DNA of 64,000 nucleotides, from the NCBI GenBank assembly GCA_963697775.1, contig CAVOPH010000010.1, positions 11,136 to 75,135 of the forward strand, written 5' to 3'. The stretch is from an uncultured Acidobacteriota bacterium (GTDB lineage Bacteria; Acidobacteriota; Vicinamibacteria; Vicinamibacterales; 2-12-FULL-66-21). Shown piece after piece: positions 26,070 to 35,426 of the stretch; position 1 is the stretch's first letter, and every line of letters starts with the position of its first letter. The translations under genes were made by a program, and so were the position numbers. The notes beneath the pieces were generated by a model that was given only the letters and a program-made list of their open reading frames with translations, made no database searches and had not been told where the DNA came from.

Positions 26070-27858
26070 GAGCCTGTCCTTCGACCAGCCGCCTGAAGGG
26101 CACCACGACGAAGGCGAGCGCGGTTCGCGCCAGCGCGAGCACCGTCCGGGACATCGTCAGCGACGTGCGACCAGCGATGCGCGGACGCATCCTGATGGGA
26201 ACCTCGGTGACCCGCAGCCCATTGCGGCTCAGGAACAGGAGCAGTTCCGGCTCGGCATAGCCGGCTGGATGATGTCCGCTCAGCAGGCGGAGCGCACGGG
26301 GCCCGAAGAGCCAGAAGCCTGACGTCGGGTCCGTCACCGATCTCCTCGTGACGGTACTGAGGCACGCCGCCAGGAAGGCCTGGCTGAACCTGCGAAGCCC
26401 TCTGGTTTCACCGCGCCGGTGAAGAAAGCGTGACCCCATCGCTGCGTCTGCCCGGCCCGTTACCACGGGCGCGAGCAGCCGACCGATGTCGCAGGCGCGG
26501 TGCTGACCGTCGCCATCCACGCGGACGACGTAGTCATACCCGCCGCGTTTCGCGTAGCGGATGCCCGCTCGAACCGCGCCTCCGACGCCAAGCCGCTGCG
26601 ACAGCGTGATCCATCGTACACCGAGCTGCGGCAGCATGTCCTCCGTGCCATCCGTCGAACAGTCGTCGACGACCAGGATGTTGCCAGGCGGCATGACTCT
26701 CGACAGATCGGCAACTACGCGCTCAAGATTCTCGCGCTCGTTGAACGCAGGCACGACAGCCAGAACCGGGACCTGACGCGCATCGACGGGCATGAGGTGT
26801 TCCCCCACGCGCGCGTGCGAGAACATGGAATGTCCAGGGTCGCGCTCGTGGTTCAGTGCCCATCGGGTGATCCACGTCACGATTGCGGCTGACCAGGCGA
26901 TATCGCGGACGAGGTGTGTAACCGGGAAGGCGAGGGCGGTGAGATCGCCGGTGTGCCGCCACGCCTGAATGCCCGCGGCGAAACGTTCGGCGGCAAGGAC
27001 TCCAATGATCAGCAGGCCGGCAATTGCCAGCGGCGCACTCCAGGAAGCGCCAATGACCGCCATCGGGCCGGCGAGCGCGAGCAATACGATCGCCACCGTC
27101 ATTGCCGGCGCATGCAGCATCATCGCCGTTCTGGACACGTCGTCACCTGTGACGCGGTGCGGATGCCGGGCAACGACATCCAACCGGCCGTAGCCGACGC
27201 CGAACTGCTGTCGAAGGTAGCCACGGAGCCCCTCGCGCCAGTGATGAACGCTGACGGCATTGCGGCAGAACGCCAGCTTGTATCCGCTGTTCCTGAGCCG
27301 ATAACTCAAATCGTTGTCGTACCCGTATCCCATGCGTTCATCGAGGAGTCCGACCTGATGGAGTGCGCGAGCGAGGTAAGCCGTGTTGCCGGTGCAAACG
27401 TGGTCGATAAACTGGCTACGAATGCGCGAATACCGGTGTTCGAGGTCACGACCAGTGGCTCGTGCCCAGACACCGGCCTCTGAATGAGTGATGTAGTGTC
27501 CCTGTGCGGCCGCGACCTCCGGATCCGAGAACAGTGGCAGTAATTCTCTCAGCCACCCAGCGTGAAGAATGACGTCCTGATCAACCTGGCAGATGATCGA
27601 ATGAGCGGCTTCACGGATGCCTGCGTTGATTGCGGACGCTGCTCCGCGGCCGGGACCGTGCAGGAGCCTCAAGACGCCGTCACCGGCCAGCTTCTGGAGC
27701 AGCCGCAACGATCCGTCGGTGCTGCCGTCGTCGATCGCGACGATCTCAAACGGCCGCCCGTCCTGCTGGGCGACGATGCTTGCCAGGGATCGCCGCAGCA
27801 TCGGGCCCCCGTTCAGGACGGGGATGACGAAGGTGACGCCAGTCGTCGGCGAGGTCAC
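26062..27858 (-). CDS. Double GT2 glycosyltransferase; C-terminal domain is DPM-synthase-like
   Basis: DDGSTDGS / VDQD domain, TM helices, then VPAFNE, DDCSTDGT, LGVGGA, VDGDGQH, DPTSGF. Confidence 0.85.
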   Translation of the reverse strand: MTSPTTGVTFVIPVLNGGPMLRRSLASIVAQQDGRPFEIVAIDDGSTDGSLRLLQKLAGDGVLRLLHGPGRGAASAINAGIREAAHSIICQVDQDVILHAGWLRELLPLFSDPEVAAAQGHYITHSEAGVWARATGRDLEHRYSRIRSQFIDHVCTGNTAYLARALHQVGLLDERMGYGYDNDLSYRLRNSGYKLAFCRNAVSVHHWREGLRGYLRQQFGVGYGRLDVVARHPHRVTGDDVSRTAMMLHAPAMTVAIVLLALAGPMAVIGASWSAPLAIAGLLIIGVLAAERFAAGIQAWRHTGDLTALAFPVTHLVRDIAWSAAIVTWITRWALNHERDPGHSMFSHARVGEHLMPVDARQVPVLAVVPAFNERENLERVVADLSRVMPPGNILVVDDCSTDGTEDMLPQLGVRWITLSQRLGVGGAVRAGIRYAKRGGYDYVVRVDGDGQHRACDIGRLLAPVVTGRADAAMGSRFLHRRGETRGLRRFSQAFLAACLSTVTRRSVTDPTSGFWLFGPRALRLLSGHHPAGYAEPELLLFLSRNGLRVTEVPIRMRPRIAGRTSLTMSRTVLALARTALAFVVVPFRRLVEGQAHD

Positions 27859-29054
27859 GCGCCGATCCTCCTTGAGACGGAGTTTTCCGCGACGACAGCG
27901 GCATACAGCAATTCGAGCTGATCGCAGATGACGTCAGACCCGAACTGCTGACGGGCGATCGTGGCTCCGGACCTCGCGCGTTCGCGCCACACCGCATCAT
28001 TGGCGAGCACGGTCGTGATTGCGTCCGCCAGCCGGCCGACGTCGCCGTAAGGCACGGCCTGCCCACCGCCGGTGATGGCGATCACCTCGCTGCAGCCACT
28101 GTCGTTGCAAACGACCACCGGGGTGCCACAGAGAATTGCCTCCAGCGGAACCAGGCCGAAGATCTCGTCGCGAGACGGGTAGACGACGACGGTGGCAGCG
28201 GCAAGCGCATCGAGGCGCGCTTGTGCTGAAAGCAGTCCGGTGAAGATGAGGCGCTCGCGAAGTCGCAGTTTCAGCGCCAGCGCCTCGACCGCTCGCCGCG
28301 TGCCCATGTCGTTGCCGGCGATGACGAGCAGCGCTCCGGGTGCGTCGAGCTGAGCGAATGCCTTCACCAGATGGTCCACGCCCTTTCGCGGCGTGAGTTT
28401 TCCCAGGAAGAGCACGATCGGCACGTCGCCGACGCGCATCCGTGTCCGAAACGCCTCCGCGTCAGGAGGGCAGTCGAATTCGCGGTCGTCGATCGGATTT
28501 GCGATTCGAACAATGGCGGATTCGGCAATGCCCATTGCGCGAAGCTGGCCGGCTTCAGCGCGAGAGACCGCAACGACCCGCGCTGCCGCCGGCACCATGG
28601 AGCGGCCAACGGTGAGCGCGAACAGCCGCTTGGCCATGATTCGGCGCTCGATGGGTAGAGCCGTACCGTTTGGCGAGACCACGTACGGGACGCCAGCGCG
28701 GGACAACTCCGCCGCTGCAATCACGCCCGGCAGATTGTGGCAGGCGTGGATATGCGCGACGTCGAAGGTGGACGCGGCGCGCCTCATGTACTGACGCAGG
28801 CCCAGCGGCGTGAAGAACTGCAGGTGGTAGGCCAGCGAGTTGGACACGTTGCGAAACATCCGAACGTCGATGCCGTGAGCGTGGGCTGGCCGTGAGGCTG
28901 CTCGAGTGCGCTCGTCGCGCACGTCGGTCGTACACACAGTGACGTGGTGTCCCCTGCGCGCGAGCGCGCGCGTCATCGTCGTGGTCAGCCGCGGGATGCC
29001 ACCGTACGCCCACGCTTGCTCGTAGTAAGGAACGACGTGCAGGAGTCGCAGCAT
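27855..29054 (-). CDS. Glycosyltransferase family 4
   Basis: AWAYGG, FLGKLTPRKG, PSRDEIFGLVPLEA. Confidence 0.9.
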   Translation of the reverse strand: MLRLLHVVPYYEQAWAYGGIPRLTTTMTRALARRGHHVTVCTTDVRDERTRAASRPAHAHGIDVRMFRNVSNSLAYHLQFFTPLGLRQYMRRAASTFDVAHIHACHNLPGVIAAAELSRAGVPYVVSPNGTALPIERRIMAKRLFALTVGRSMVPAAARVVAVSRAEAGQLRAMGIAESAIVRIANPIDDREFDCPPDAEAFRTRMRVGDVPIVLFLGKLTPRKGVDHLVKAFAQLDAPGALLVIAGNDMGTRRAVEALALKLRLRERLIFTGLLSAQARLDALAAATVVVYPSRDEIFGLVPLEAILCGTPVVVCNDSGCSEVIAITGGGQAVPYGDVGRLADAITTVLANDAVWRERARSGATIARQQFGSDVICDQLELLYAAVVAENSVSRRIGA

Positions 29055-29060
29055 CGAGAT

Positions 29061-29222
29061 CAGGTTCTACATGGTTCTACTGGGTTCTACAGGGTTCTGC
29101 AGGGTTCTGGTTCTACAGGTTCTGGAAGGTTCTGCCAGGTTCAGAAGTTCGGCGAGATCGCGAACCTGATGGAACCCGGCAGAACCCAGCAGAACCCAGC
29201 AGAACCTAGTAGAACCTTTAGG
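29061..29222. repeat. Inverted decamer array (GGTTCTAC.. x~8 facing ..AGAACC x~6)
   Basis: aggttctacatggttctactgggttctacagggttctgc... and ...gaacccggcagaacccagcagaacccagcagaacctagtagaacc in a divergent intergenic region. Confidence 0.85.
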
Positions 29223-29258
29223 TTGTGGCGTGCCGTATAGTATCAGGGTTCCCCACCG

Positions 29259-30050
29259 ATGGTGTCAGCGGCGACAACACGCGTTCAGCAGGGTCGCGGG
29301 CAATTCGCCGGCCTTGTCTGGACTCTCATTCGCACCGATTTCAAAACTCGCTATCACGGGACGATCGGTGGCTTTGTGTGGGCCCTGCTCAAGCCGCTGA
29401 CGATGTTCCTCGTCCTTCTCGCGGTGTTCTCGTATGTGTTTGCCAGTGAGCCGCAGTACAAGCTGGATCTGATTATCGGCCTGTTCTTGTACGAATTCTT
29501 CCAGGAGTCAACGAAGGCGGGCCTGCTGTCGATTCGCGCGAAGGGGTACCTTCTGACCAAGGCACGGTTCCCATCCTGGATTGTCGTGGTGACGTCGGCG
29601 TCGAATGCCGTGATTACGCTTGCGCTGTTCTCTCTCGTGCTGGTGACGTTCTTGAGCCTGACCGGACGCGCCCCGACTCCCGCGGGCGTCGTCCTCTACA
29701 CGCTGTATCAGGCGCTCTTTTTTCTAATGGTTGCGGGATTTTCGCTCGCGGCGAGCGTGCTGTTCATGCGCTACCGCGATCTGAATCAAGTCTGGGAAGT
29801 CGTGACGCACGCGGGGTTTTTCATCGCGCCGATCATCTACCCGATCGGCATCCTTCCAGAGCGCGTGCACGCGTATCTGTATGTCTGGCCGCCGACGCCG
29901 ATCATCCTGTTTTCCCGCAGCGTGCTGCTCGACGGCCGGATACCGTCTCCCTTCGCACATTTGTTGTTGGTGGCGGAGACTGCGATCGTATTTGGCACAG
30001 GCGCGCTGATCTATCGAGCACGCGCGCCGCGCGTGGCGGAGGAATTGTAG
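29259..30050 (+). CDS. wzm: ABC-2 polysaccharide export permease
   Basis: DFKTRYHGTIGGFVWALLKP, YRDLNQVW, PIIYP. Confidence 0.9.
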   Translation: MVSAATTRVQQGRGQFAGLVWTLIRTDFKTRYHGTIGGFVWALLKPLTMFLVLLAVFSYVFASEPQYKLDLIIGLFLYEFFQESTKAGLLSIRAKGYLLTKARFPSWIVVVTSASNAVITLALFSLVLVTFLSLTGRAPTPAGVVLYTLYQALFFLMVAGFSLAASVLFMRYRDLNQVWEVVTHAGFFIAPIIYPIGILPERVHAYLYVWPPTPIILFSRSVLLDGRIPSPFAHLLLVAETAIVFGTGALIYRARAPRVAEEL

Positions 30051-30821
30051 GTGCGGGCTCCTGTCGTCGAAGTCTCCGGCGTGTCGAAGAGCTTCACGAT
30101 TCCAAGCGTCCGCCGTGATACCGTCCGCGAGCACGCGCTCGATCTGTTCCGGCGTCGCCCTCAGGAGCGCCTGGCGGTGCTCGAATCGGTCAGCTTCGAG
30201 CTCGGCCGCGGCGAGAGTCTGGGCCTGATGGGCCGGAACGGCTCGGGCAAGAGCACGCTGCTCAAAATCGTGTCGGGCATCTACCCGGCCGATGCCGGAC
30301 GCGTTCAGGTGCAGGCGGCGATCACCCCGATTCTCGAGCTGGGCGTCGGATGGAATCCCGATTTGGACGCGATCGACAATATCGAGCTGCTCGGCACCGT
30401 CATGGGGATGACCTTGAAGGAACTGCGCTCGGCGACGCGCGAGATCCTCGAATTCGCCGAGCTCGAGAAGTTTGCGCACCTGGAGCTTCGTCACTATTCG
30501 AGTGGCATGGCCGCGCGGCTGGCTTACGCGGTCGCTTTCCGCGCCGTGCGCGACGTTCTCATCCTCGACGAGATTTTCGCCGTCGGTGATGCGGGATTCA
30601 AGGACCGTTGTCAGGCGCGATACCGCGAGCTGCACCGGGCTGGCCACTCGATGCTGCTCGTCAGCCACGAACCCCGTACGATTGCAGCCTTTTGCGATCG
30701 CGCCCTTCTGCTGGAAGGCGGGCGTATCGTGTTCGCCGGCCCCGCCGACGCCGTCGCCTCCCGGTATCTGGCCCTCCTCACCGAGGAACCCCCGGATCTC
30801 GCGCGCCCGCTGGCTCGATGA
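30051..30821 (+). CDS. wzt: Polysaccharide ABC exporter ATPase, no C-terminal CBM
   Basis: GRNGSGKST, YSSGMAARL, ILDEIFAVGD, LVSH. Confidence 0.9.
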   Translation: MRAPVVEVSGVSKSFTIPSVRRDTVREHALDLFRRRPQERLAVLESVSFELGRGESLGLMGRNGSGKSTLLKIVSGIYPADAGRVQVQAAITPILELGVGWNPDLDAIDNIELLGTVMGMTLKELRSATREILEFAELEKFAHLELRHYSSGMAARLAYAVAFRAVRDVLILDEIFAVGDAGFKDRCQARYRELHRAGHSMLLVSHEPRTIAAFCDRALLLEGGRIVFAGPADAVASRYLALLTEEPPDLARPLAR

Positions 30822-31816
30822 TGGCTCCCCGCATCTCCGTCCTGATGCCGTGTTTCAACCATGGCGCGTTCATCGGGGAAGCCCTCGACAGCGTGCGCAG
30901 CCAGACATGGCAGGACTTCGAGATCATCGTCGTGGATGACGGCTCGACGGATCAGGCAACCCTCGAGGTGCTTTCGCGCCTGACCTCACCGATTCGCGTG
31001 CTGACGACCTCGAACCAGGGGTTGCCGGCTGCGCGCAATCACGCCGCCGCCCACGCGTCTGGCGCGGTGTTCTGTGCGCTCGATGCCGACGACAAGCTGG
31101 CGTCCACGTGGTTCGAAAAAGGGATGCGTCTGCTCGACGAACAAGCCGACATTGCTTTTGTGTCGCACTGGCTCGAAACGTTCGGCGACGAGCACTGGAC
31201 GTGGAAACCCGCCAAGTGTGATCTGCTGTCGCTGCTCGCGCGAAACGCCGTGAACGGCGCCGCGCTCGTCCGACGTGAAGCGTTCGAGGCCGTCGGTGGC
31301 TACGATGCCGCGATGCGTGAAGGCTGCGAGGACTGGGATTTCTGGCTGCGGCTGGTCGAACGTGGCTTCGAGGGAGCCATTATCCCGGAGGTGCTCTTCT
31401 ACTACCGGCGACGCCAGGATTCGATGAGCCGCATGATGCTCGAGGACGCGCGTTACGAGCGTCCGCTCGAAACCCTCGTCGCGAAGCACGATGCTGCATA
31501 TCGTCGGCATCTGGCCGACGTCATCGTCGCGAAGGAGGCAGAAACCCAGGGGCTGACGAGAGAGATTGCCCTTCTCGAACGCGATCGGATCCTGACGCTC
31601 GAGCCGGCTCTTCGCCGCGCTCGCGAAGAACTCCACGCTGTGGCAGCGAAAGCCGAGCGGGTACGAAGGCTCCGTGCTGTAGAAGAGGAGAATGAGCGGC
31701 TTGCCTGGAAGGCCGCCGATCTCGAGCGCCGGGTGAACGACCTTCATGCGTCATGGAGCTGGCGGATCACCGCTCCGCTTCGGAAGCTGTATTCGCTTGC
31801 GCGGATCGGCAGATGA
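30818..31816 (+). CDS. GT2 glycosyltransferase with C-terminal coiled coil
   Basis: MPCFNHG, DDGSTD, LDADD, EDWDFW; tail ASWSWRITAPLR. Confidence 0.88.
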   Translation: MMAPRISVLMPCFNHGAFIGEALDSVRSQTWQDFEIIVVDDGSTDQATLEVLSRLTSPIRVLTTSNQGLPAARNHAAAHASGAVFCALDADDKLASTWFEKGMRLLDEQADIAFVSHWLETFGDEHWTWKPAKCDLLSLLARNAVNGAALVRREAFEAVGGYDAAMREGCEDWDFWLRLVERGFEGAIIPEVLFYYRRRQDSMSRMMLEDARYERPLETLVAKHDAAYRRHLADVIVAKEAETQGLTREIALLERDRILTLEPALRRAREELHAVAAKAERVRRLRAVEEENERLAWKAADLERRVNDLHASWSWRITAPLRKLYSLARIGR

Positions 31817-34251
31817 CGAGCTCGGCCGACGTGATCGTCCATGTTGGGGCAGGAGGACGCGCGCTGCTGAGAACGGCAGACTCCCTTCGCCGTCAGCGTG
31901 TCGCGCCGGCGTCTGTCGCTTTGATCAAGTCCGTCACAGATCCGAACGCCCCTCTCGTGAAATCCGTAGCCGATCGGCTGTCGGCGATTGTTCTCGACGG
32001 GAGTCCGTATCCGGGCGTATCCATGAACGCCGCAGTCCGAACCGGCAACGGCCGGTTCTTCGTCGTACTACCAGCCGGTCCGCTTCTCGAAGACGGATTC
32101 CTCGAACGCTGCGAGGCTGCTTTCACCAGCGACGAAGGATTGGCGGCGATTGCGCCAGCAATCGCGTTGCGGACGCCTGATGGCTCTGGCGAGCTCGTGT
32201 GGACTCCCAACCTGAACTCGGTCGTATCGATCCTGTCCGACACTCTCAGCGCTCCGCCAGTTTTTGCGATTCAGCGAAAGGCGTGGGACAGCCTTGCAGG
32301 CTTCGATGAGGGCCTCAACGGCCTTGTCGAATCCGCCTTCTGGTTGCGGCTGATCAGTGAGGGGTTGCCGGTCGGCACCGTTCCCGAACCTCTCATCGTT
32401 CGTGAGCTCGATGAACGCCCAACGGCTACCTCCGAACAAGACGACGAGCAGCGGTTGCGGTTCCTTGGCGCGGTTCTGGATCGGTACCCCACCCTGCTCA
32501 CCCGAGACATGGTCCCACTGCTCGTGTCGCGTGAGGTGCGCTTCGGTCGCCTGCGTCAGATCCATCGCGAGCTGCTGATCCAGCGCGATCGCGATCTGGC
32601 AGAGCTCGATCGTATCCGGGCAGACGCGGCTCACCATCGGGCGTACTTGAAGCACCATGGCCGCGACGGGTTCGACTGGGGTGACCTCCGGCGTACCGAC
32701 CCCGTCAGCCGCGACTGGGGCTACGACCGCGGTACGCCGATCGACCGGCGCTACATCGAGGATTTCCTGTTCGCTCACTCGTCCGATATTCGTGGATCGG
32801 TGCTCGAAATCCAGGAAGACGACTACACGCGAACCTGCGGCGGTCGTCGGGTCATCGACCACGACATCCTGGACATCGATGCGTCCAACAGCGGATCAAC
32901 GATCCGGGCAGACCTTCGCAAGGCGCCCGAACTTGCTTCGGATCGGTTCGACTGCATCATCCTGACCCAGACGCTCCATGTCATCGACGACATGTCCGCG
33001 GCGCTGGCCGAGTGTCATCGAATCCTCAGCCCAGGTGGCGTGCTGCTCGCGACGTTCCCATCAGCCAGCCGTGTCTGCCTTGAGTACGGACAATCTGGCG
33101 ATTACTGGCGGATGACGCCGGCCGGTGCGCGTGCTCTGGTCGAGTCCGCCTTTGCGCCGTCGGAAGTTTCGTGCGACGCGTTCGGAAACGTACTCACCCA
33201 GACGGCCTTTCTCCAGGGCCTCAGCGCCGAAGAGGTCACCGACGCAGAATTCGACGAGCGGGATGCCTACTTTCCGATGTTGACCGGCGTACGCGCACGC
33301 AAGACGTCGGCGCCGCGGCGTACGACCGCTCGAGGTGTGGTGCTGCTTTATCACCGGGTCGATGACACACCGGACGCCTATGGCCTCGCCGTTCCGCCGG
33401 CGATTTTCGAGTCGCAGCTGCAGTGGCTCCAAGCCGAGTGTCAGATCGTCGGACTGGACGAACTCCTCAGCACGCCGGCGGAGCGATTGCCCTCCCGCGC
33501 GGTTGCCGTGACGTTCGATGACGGCTATGAGGACAATCTCCGCACTGGCGTACCGCTTTTGCAGCAATTCGGGGCGCCGGCCACGTTCTTTCTCACTACA
33601 CGTTGGCTCGAAGCGTACGGTGAGTACTGGTGGGACACGCTCGAACGCGTTCTTCTGGTGCAGCCGTCGACCCCAGCCTCGCTCGACCTGGCGCGCGCAG
33701 GGCTATCGATCGTTCTTCCAACGAAGACCGACGATGAGCGCCGGGCCGCGCACCTGCGGCTTCACGAGCTGCTGGTCCACGCATCGCTCGATCAGCGAGA
33801 ACGAGCGGTCCAGGAGCTGGCGGGGTGGAGCGGCGGCGGTCCGGTCAGGCGACGGCCCATGATCGCAGACGAGGTGAGGCATCTGGCGGTGCAACCGGGA
33901 GTCACTATCGGCGCCCACTCAGTGAATCATGTGTCGCTGCCGGATAATGCCGGTTCGCGCTTGTTGGAATTGACCGATTGTCAGGCCGACCTGCGTCGTG
34001 TCACCGGCCAACCGGTGGATCTGTTTGCGTATCCCTATGGTGCTGTCGACCGCGAAGCGCTCGCGCTTGTCCGACGATCGTGGAAGTGGGGGCTGTCGTG
34101 CGACCAACGAGTACTTGGCGACTCGTTCGACGCGGCCCGGGTTCCTCGACTTGATGTGAAAGCCTGGACGGCGTCGGACTTTGCCGAACGCGTGTCACGG
34201 CTGTTTGACCCGTCGCTGGTTCGCCGCGCCGCGCTCACCCTCGCGCCGTAA
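31813..34251 (+). CDS. Fusion: degenerate GT2-like domain + SAM methyltransferase + NodB polysaccharide deacetylase
   Basis: WGYDRGTPIDRRYIE..FDCIILTQTL..DYWRMT (methyltransferase); LLYHRV, TFDDGY, IGAHSVNH, FAYPYG (deacetylase). Confidence 0.8.
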   Translation: MTSSADVIVHVGAGGRALLRTADSLRRQRVAPASVALIKSVTDPNAPLVKSVADRLSAIVLDGSPYPGVSMNAAVRTGNGRFFVVLPAGPLLEDGFLERCEAAFTSDEGLAAIAPAIALRTPDGSGELVWTPNLNSVVSILSDTLSAPPVFAIQRKAWDSLAGFDEGLNGLVESAFWLRLISEGLPVGTVPEPLIVRELDERPTATSEQDDEQRLRFLGAVLDRYPTLLTRDMVPLLVSREVRFGRLRQIHRELLIQRDRDLAELDRIRADAAHHRAYLKHHGRDGFDWGDLRRTDPVSRDWGYDRGTPIDRRYIEDFLFAHSSDIRGSVLEIQEDDYTRTCGGRRVIDHDILDIDASNSGSTIRADLRKAPELASDRFDCIILTQTLHVIDDMSAALAECHRILSPGGVLLATFPSASRVCLEYGQSGDYWRMTPAGARALVESAFAPSEVSCDAFGNVLTQTAFLQGLSAEEVTDAEFDERDAYFPMLTGVRARKTSAPRRTTARGVVLLYHRVDDTPDAYGLAVPPAIFESQLQWLQAECQIVGLDELLSTPAERLPSRAVAVTFDDGYEDNLRTGVPLLQQFGAPATFFLTTRWLEAYGEYWWDTLERVLLVQPSTPASLDLARAGLSIVLPTKTDDERRAAHLRLHELLVHASLDQRERAVQELAGWSGGGPVRRRPMIADEVRHLAVQPGVTIGAHSVNHVSLPDNAGSRLLELTDCQADLRRVTGQPVDLFAYPYGAVDREALALVRRSWKWGLSCDQRVLGDSFDAARVPRLDVKAWTASDFAERVSRLFDPSLVRRAALTLAP

Positions 34252-35251
34252 GCTCGCGTGCCGCGTCCGGCCACCGCGCTTCGATGCGCTTCAGCAAGGA
34301 ATGGCGGCGCGTGATCCGTTCCCGGCGCGCAATCGCGCGAAACGCTCCCGCCAGTTGCGTTCTCCACCACGCGTCCGCAGGATCGGCCCTCGCGTAAGCA
34401 GCCGCGAGCGCCTCCAGGCACGACTGATCGCCGACGACGTGGAAGGCGGCGAGGAATGATGTGGGCAGGTGCTCCTTGGCGTCCTGAAGGGACTCGCGAA
34501 GATCATAGACCGCGACGGGGCTGCCGCGCAGAGCGAGCGCCTGGTGAAGGGCTCCCCGAAGCGCTTCCCACTCCGGACGCTTCGCACGCGACACCGTGCC
34601 CTCGTGTGCGCGGCACGCGTCGATCATCTTTTGCAGTGAACTGAGCGCGGCGGAAGCGGAGCGGGTCGCGGCAGCAGCGCGTAAGGCTGCAGGCGAATCA
34701 GGAAGCCTGCCCTCCAGGGCATCCTGCCACACATCGTCTGCAGTAGCCGCCTCGTGCGAGGCGTCGGCCACACGCGCCTTGAGCCGCTCATCGGGATCGT
34801 TCCGCAGGGCCTCGGCCACTCGTGCCCGCACGCCTTCCGGAATTCCCTGCAGAGCGTCAAATGCGGCAAGCCGGACGATTCGTCCGGTCGTGCGGTCGAG
34901 CGTCGTTGAGACGAGCACATCGAGTGCTTCCGTCGATGTCGGAGCATGTGGCGAGTCGAGCAGGCCGCGAAGCGCCGCCGCGCCCGCGACCGCGACGTCA
35001 CCGCCATCGACGATCGCTTGCCGCGCGATGGCGATCGTGCGCCGGTCGCCTGTGGATTCGAGTGCTCGGAGCACGGCGACCTTGGTGTCGCGATCCTCTG
35101 CTCCCGCATAGGCCTTGCGGAGACCGTCCACCGCGCGGGCCCCAATCACGGCCAGCCGGGCGATGGCTGCCTCACGACCCACTTCGTCCGTGCCGCCGAG
35201 TGCCGCGATGAGTTGCCGAATTTCCAACGCGGCCGAGGCTTTGATCACCAT
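34235..35251 (-). CDS. HEAT-repeat-like alpha-helical protein
   Basis: Ala/Leu-rich repeated helices (REAAIARLAVIG, VRLAAFDAL). Confidence 0.65.
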   Translation of the reverse strand: MVIKASAALEIRQLIAALGGTDEVGREAAIARLAVIGARAVDGLRKAYAGAEDRDTKVAVLRALESTGDRRTIAIARQAIVDGGDVAVAGAAALRGLLDSPHAPTSTEALDVLVSTTLDRTTGRIVRLAAFDALQGIPEGVRARVAEALRNDPDERLKARVADASHEAATADDVWQDALEGRLPDSPAALRAAAATRSASAALSSLQKMIDACRAHEGTVSRAKRPEWEALRGALHQALALRGSPVAVYDLRESLQDAKEHLPTSFLAAFHVVGDQSCLEALAAAYARADPADAWWRTQLAGAFRAIARRERITRRHSLLKRIEARWPDAARELTARG

Positions 35252-35256
35252 CAACG

Positions 35257-35407
35257 AAAGTTAAAAGTTAAAAGTTAGAAGTACAAAGGCGAAAGACAAA
35301 AGGGACAAAGAGTCAAAAAAAGAAAGGGACAAAGGGATTTTAGTCCCCTTGCCCCTCGTCTCTCCGAACTTTTAACTTCTAACTTTTAACTTTTAACTTC
35401 TAACTTT
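35257..35407. repeat. Inverted heptamer array (AAAGTTA / TAACTTT) around a central hairpin
   Basis: aaagttaaaagttaaaagttagaagt ... agggacaaagggattttagtccccttgcccct ... acttttaacttctaacttttaacttttaacttctaacttt. Confidence 0.9.
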
Positions 35408-35426
35408 GCGTGTCGACTCACGAGCG

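Noticed and set aside
29061-29222. Repeat arrays as IS or MITE ends
   Set aside because: No transposase, no clear target-site duplication, and no fixed-length terminal repeats in this window.
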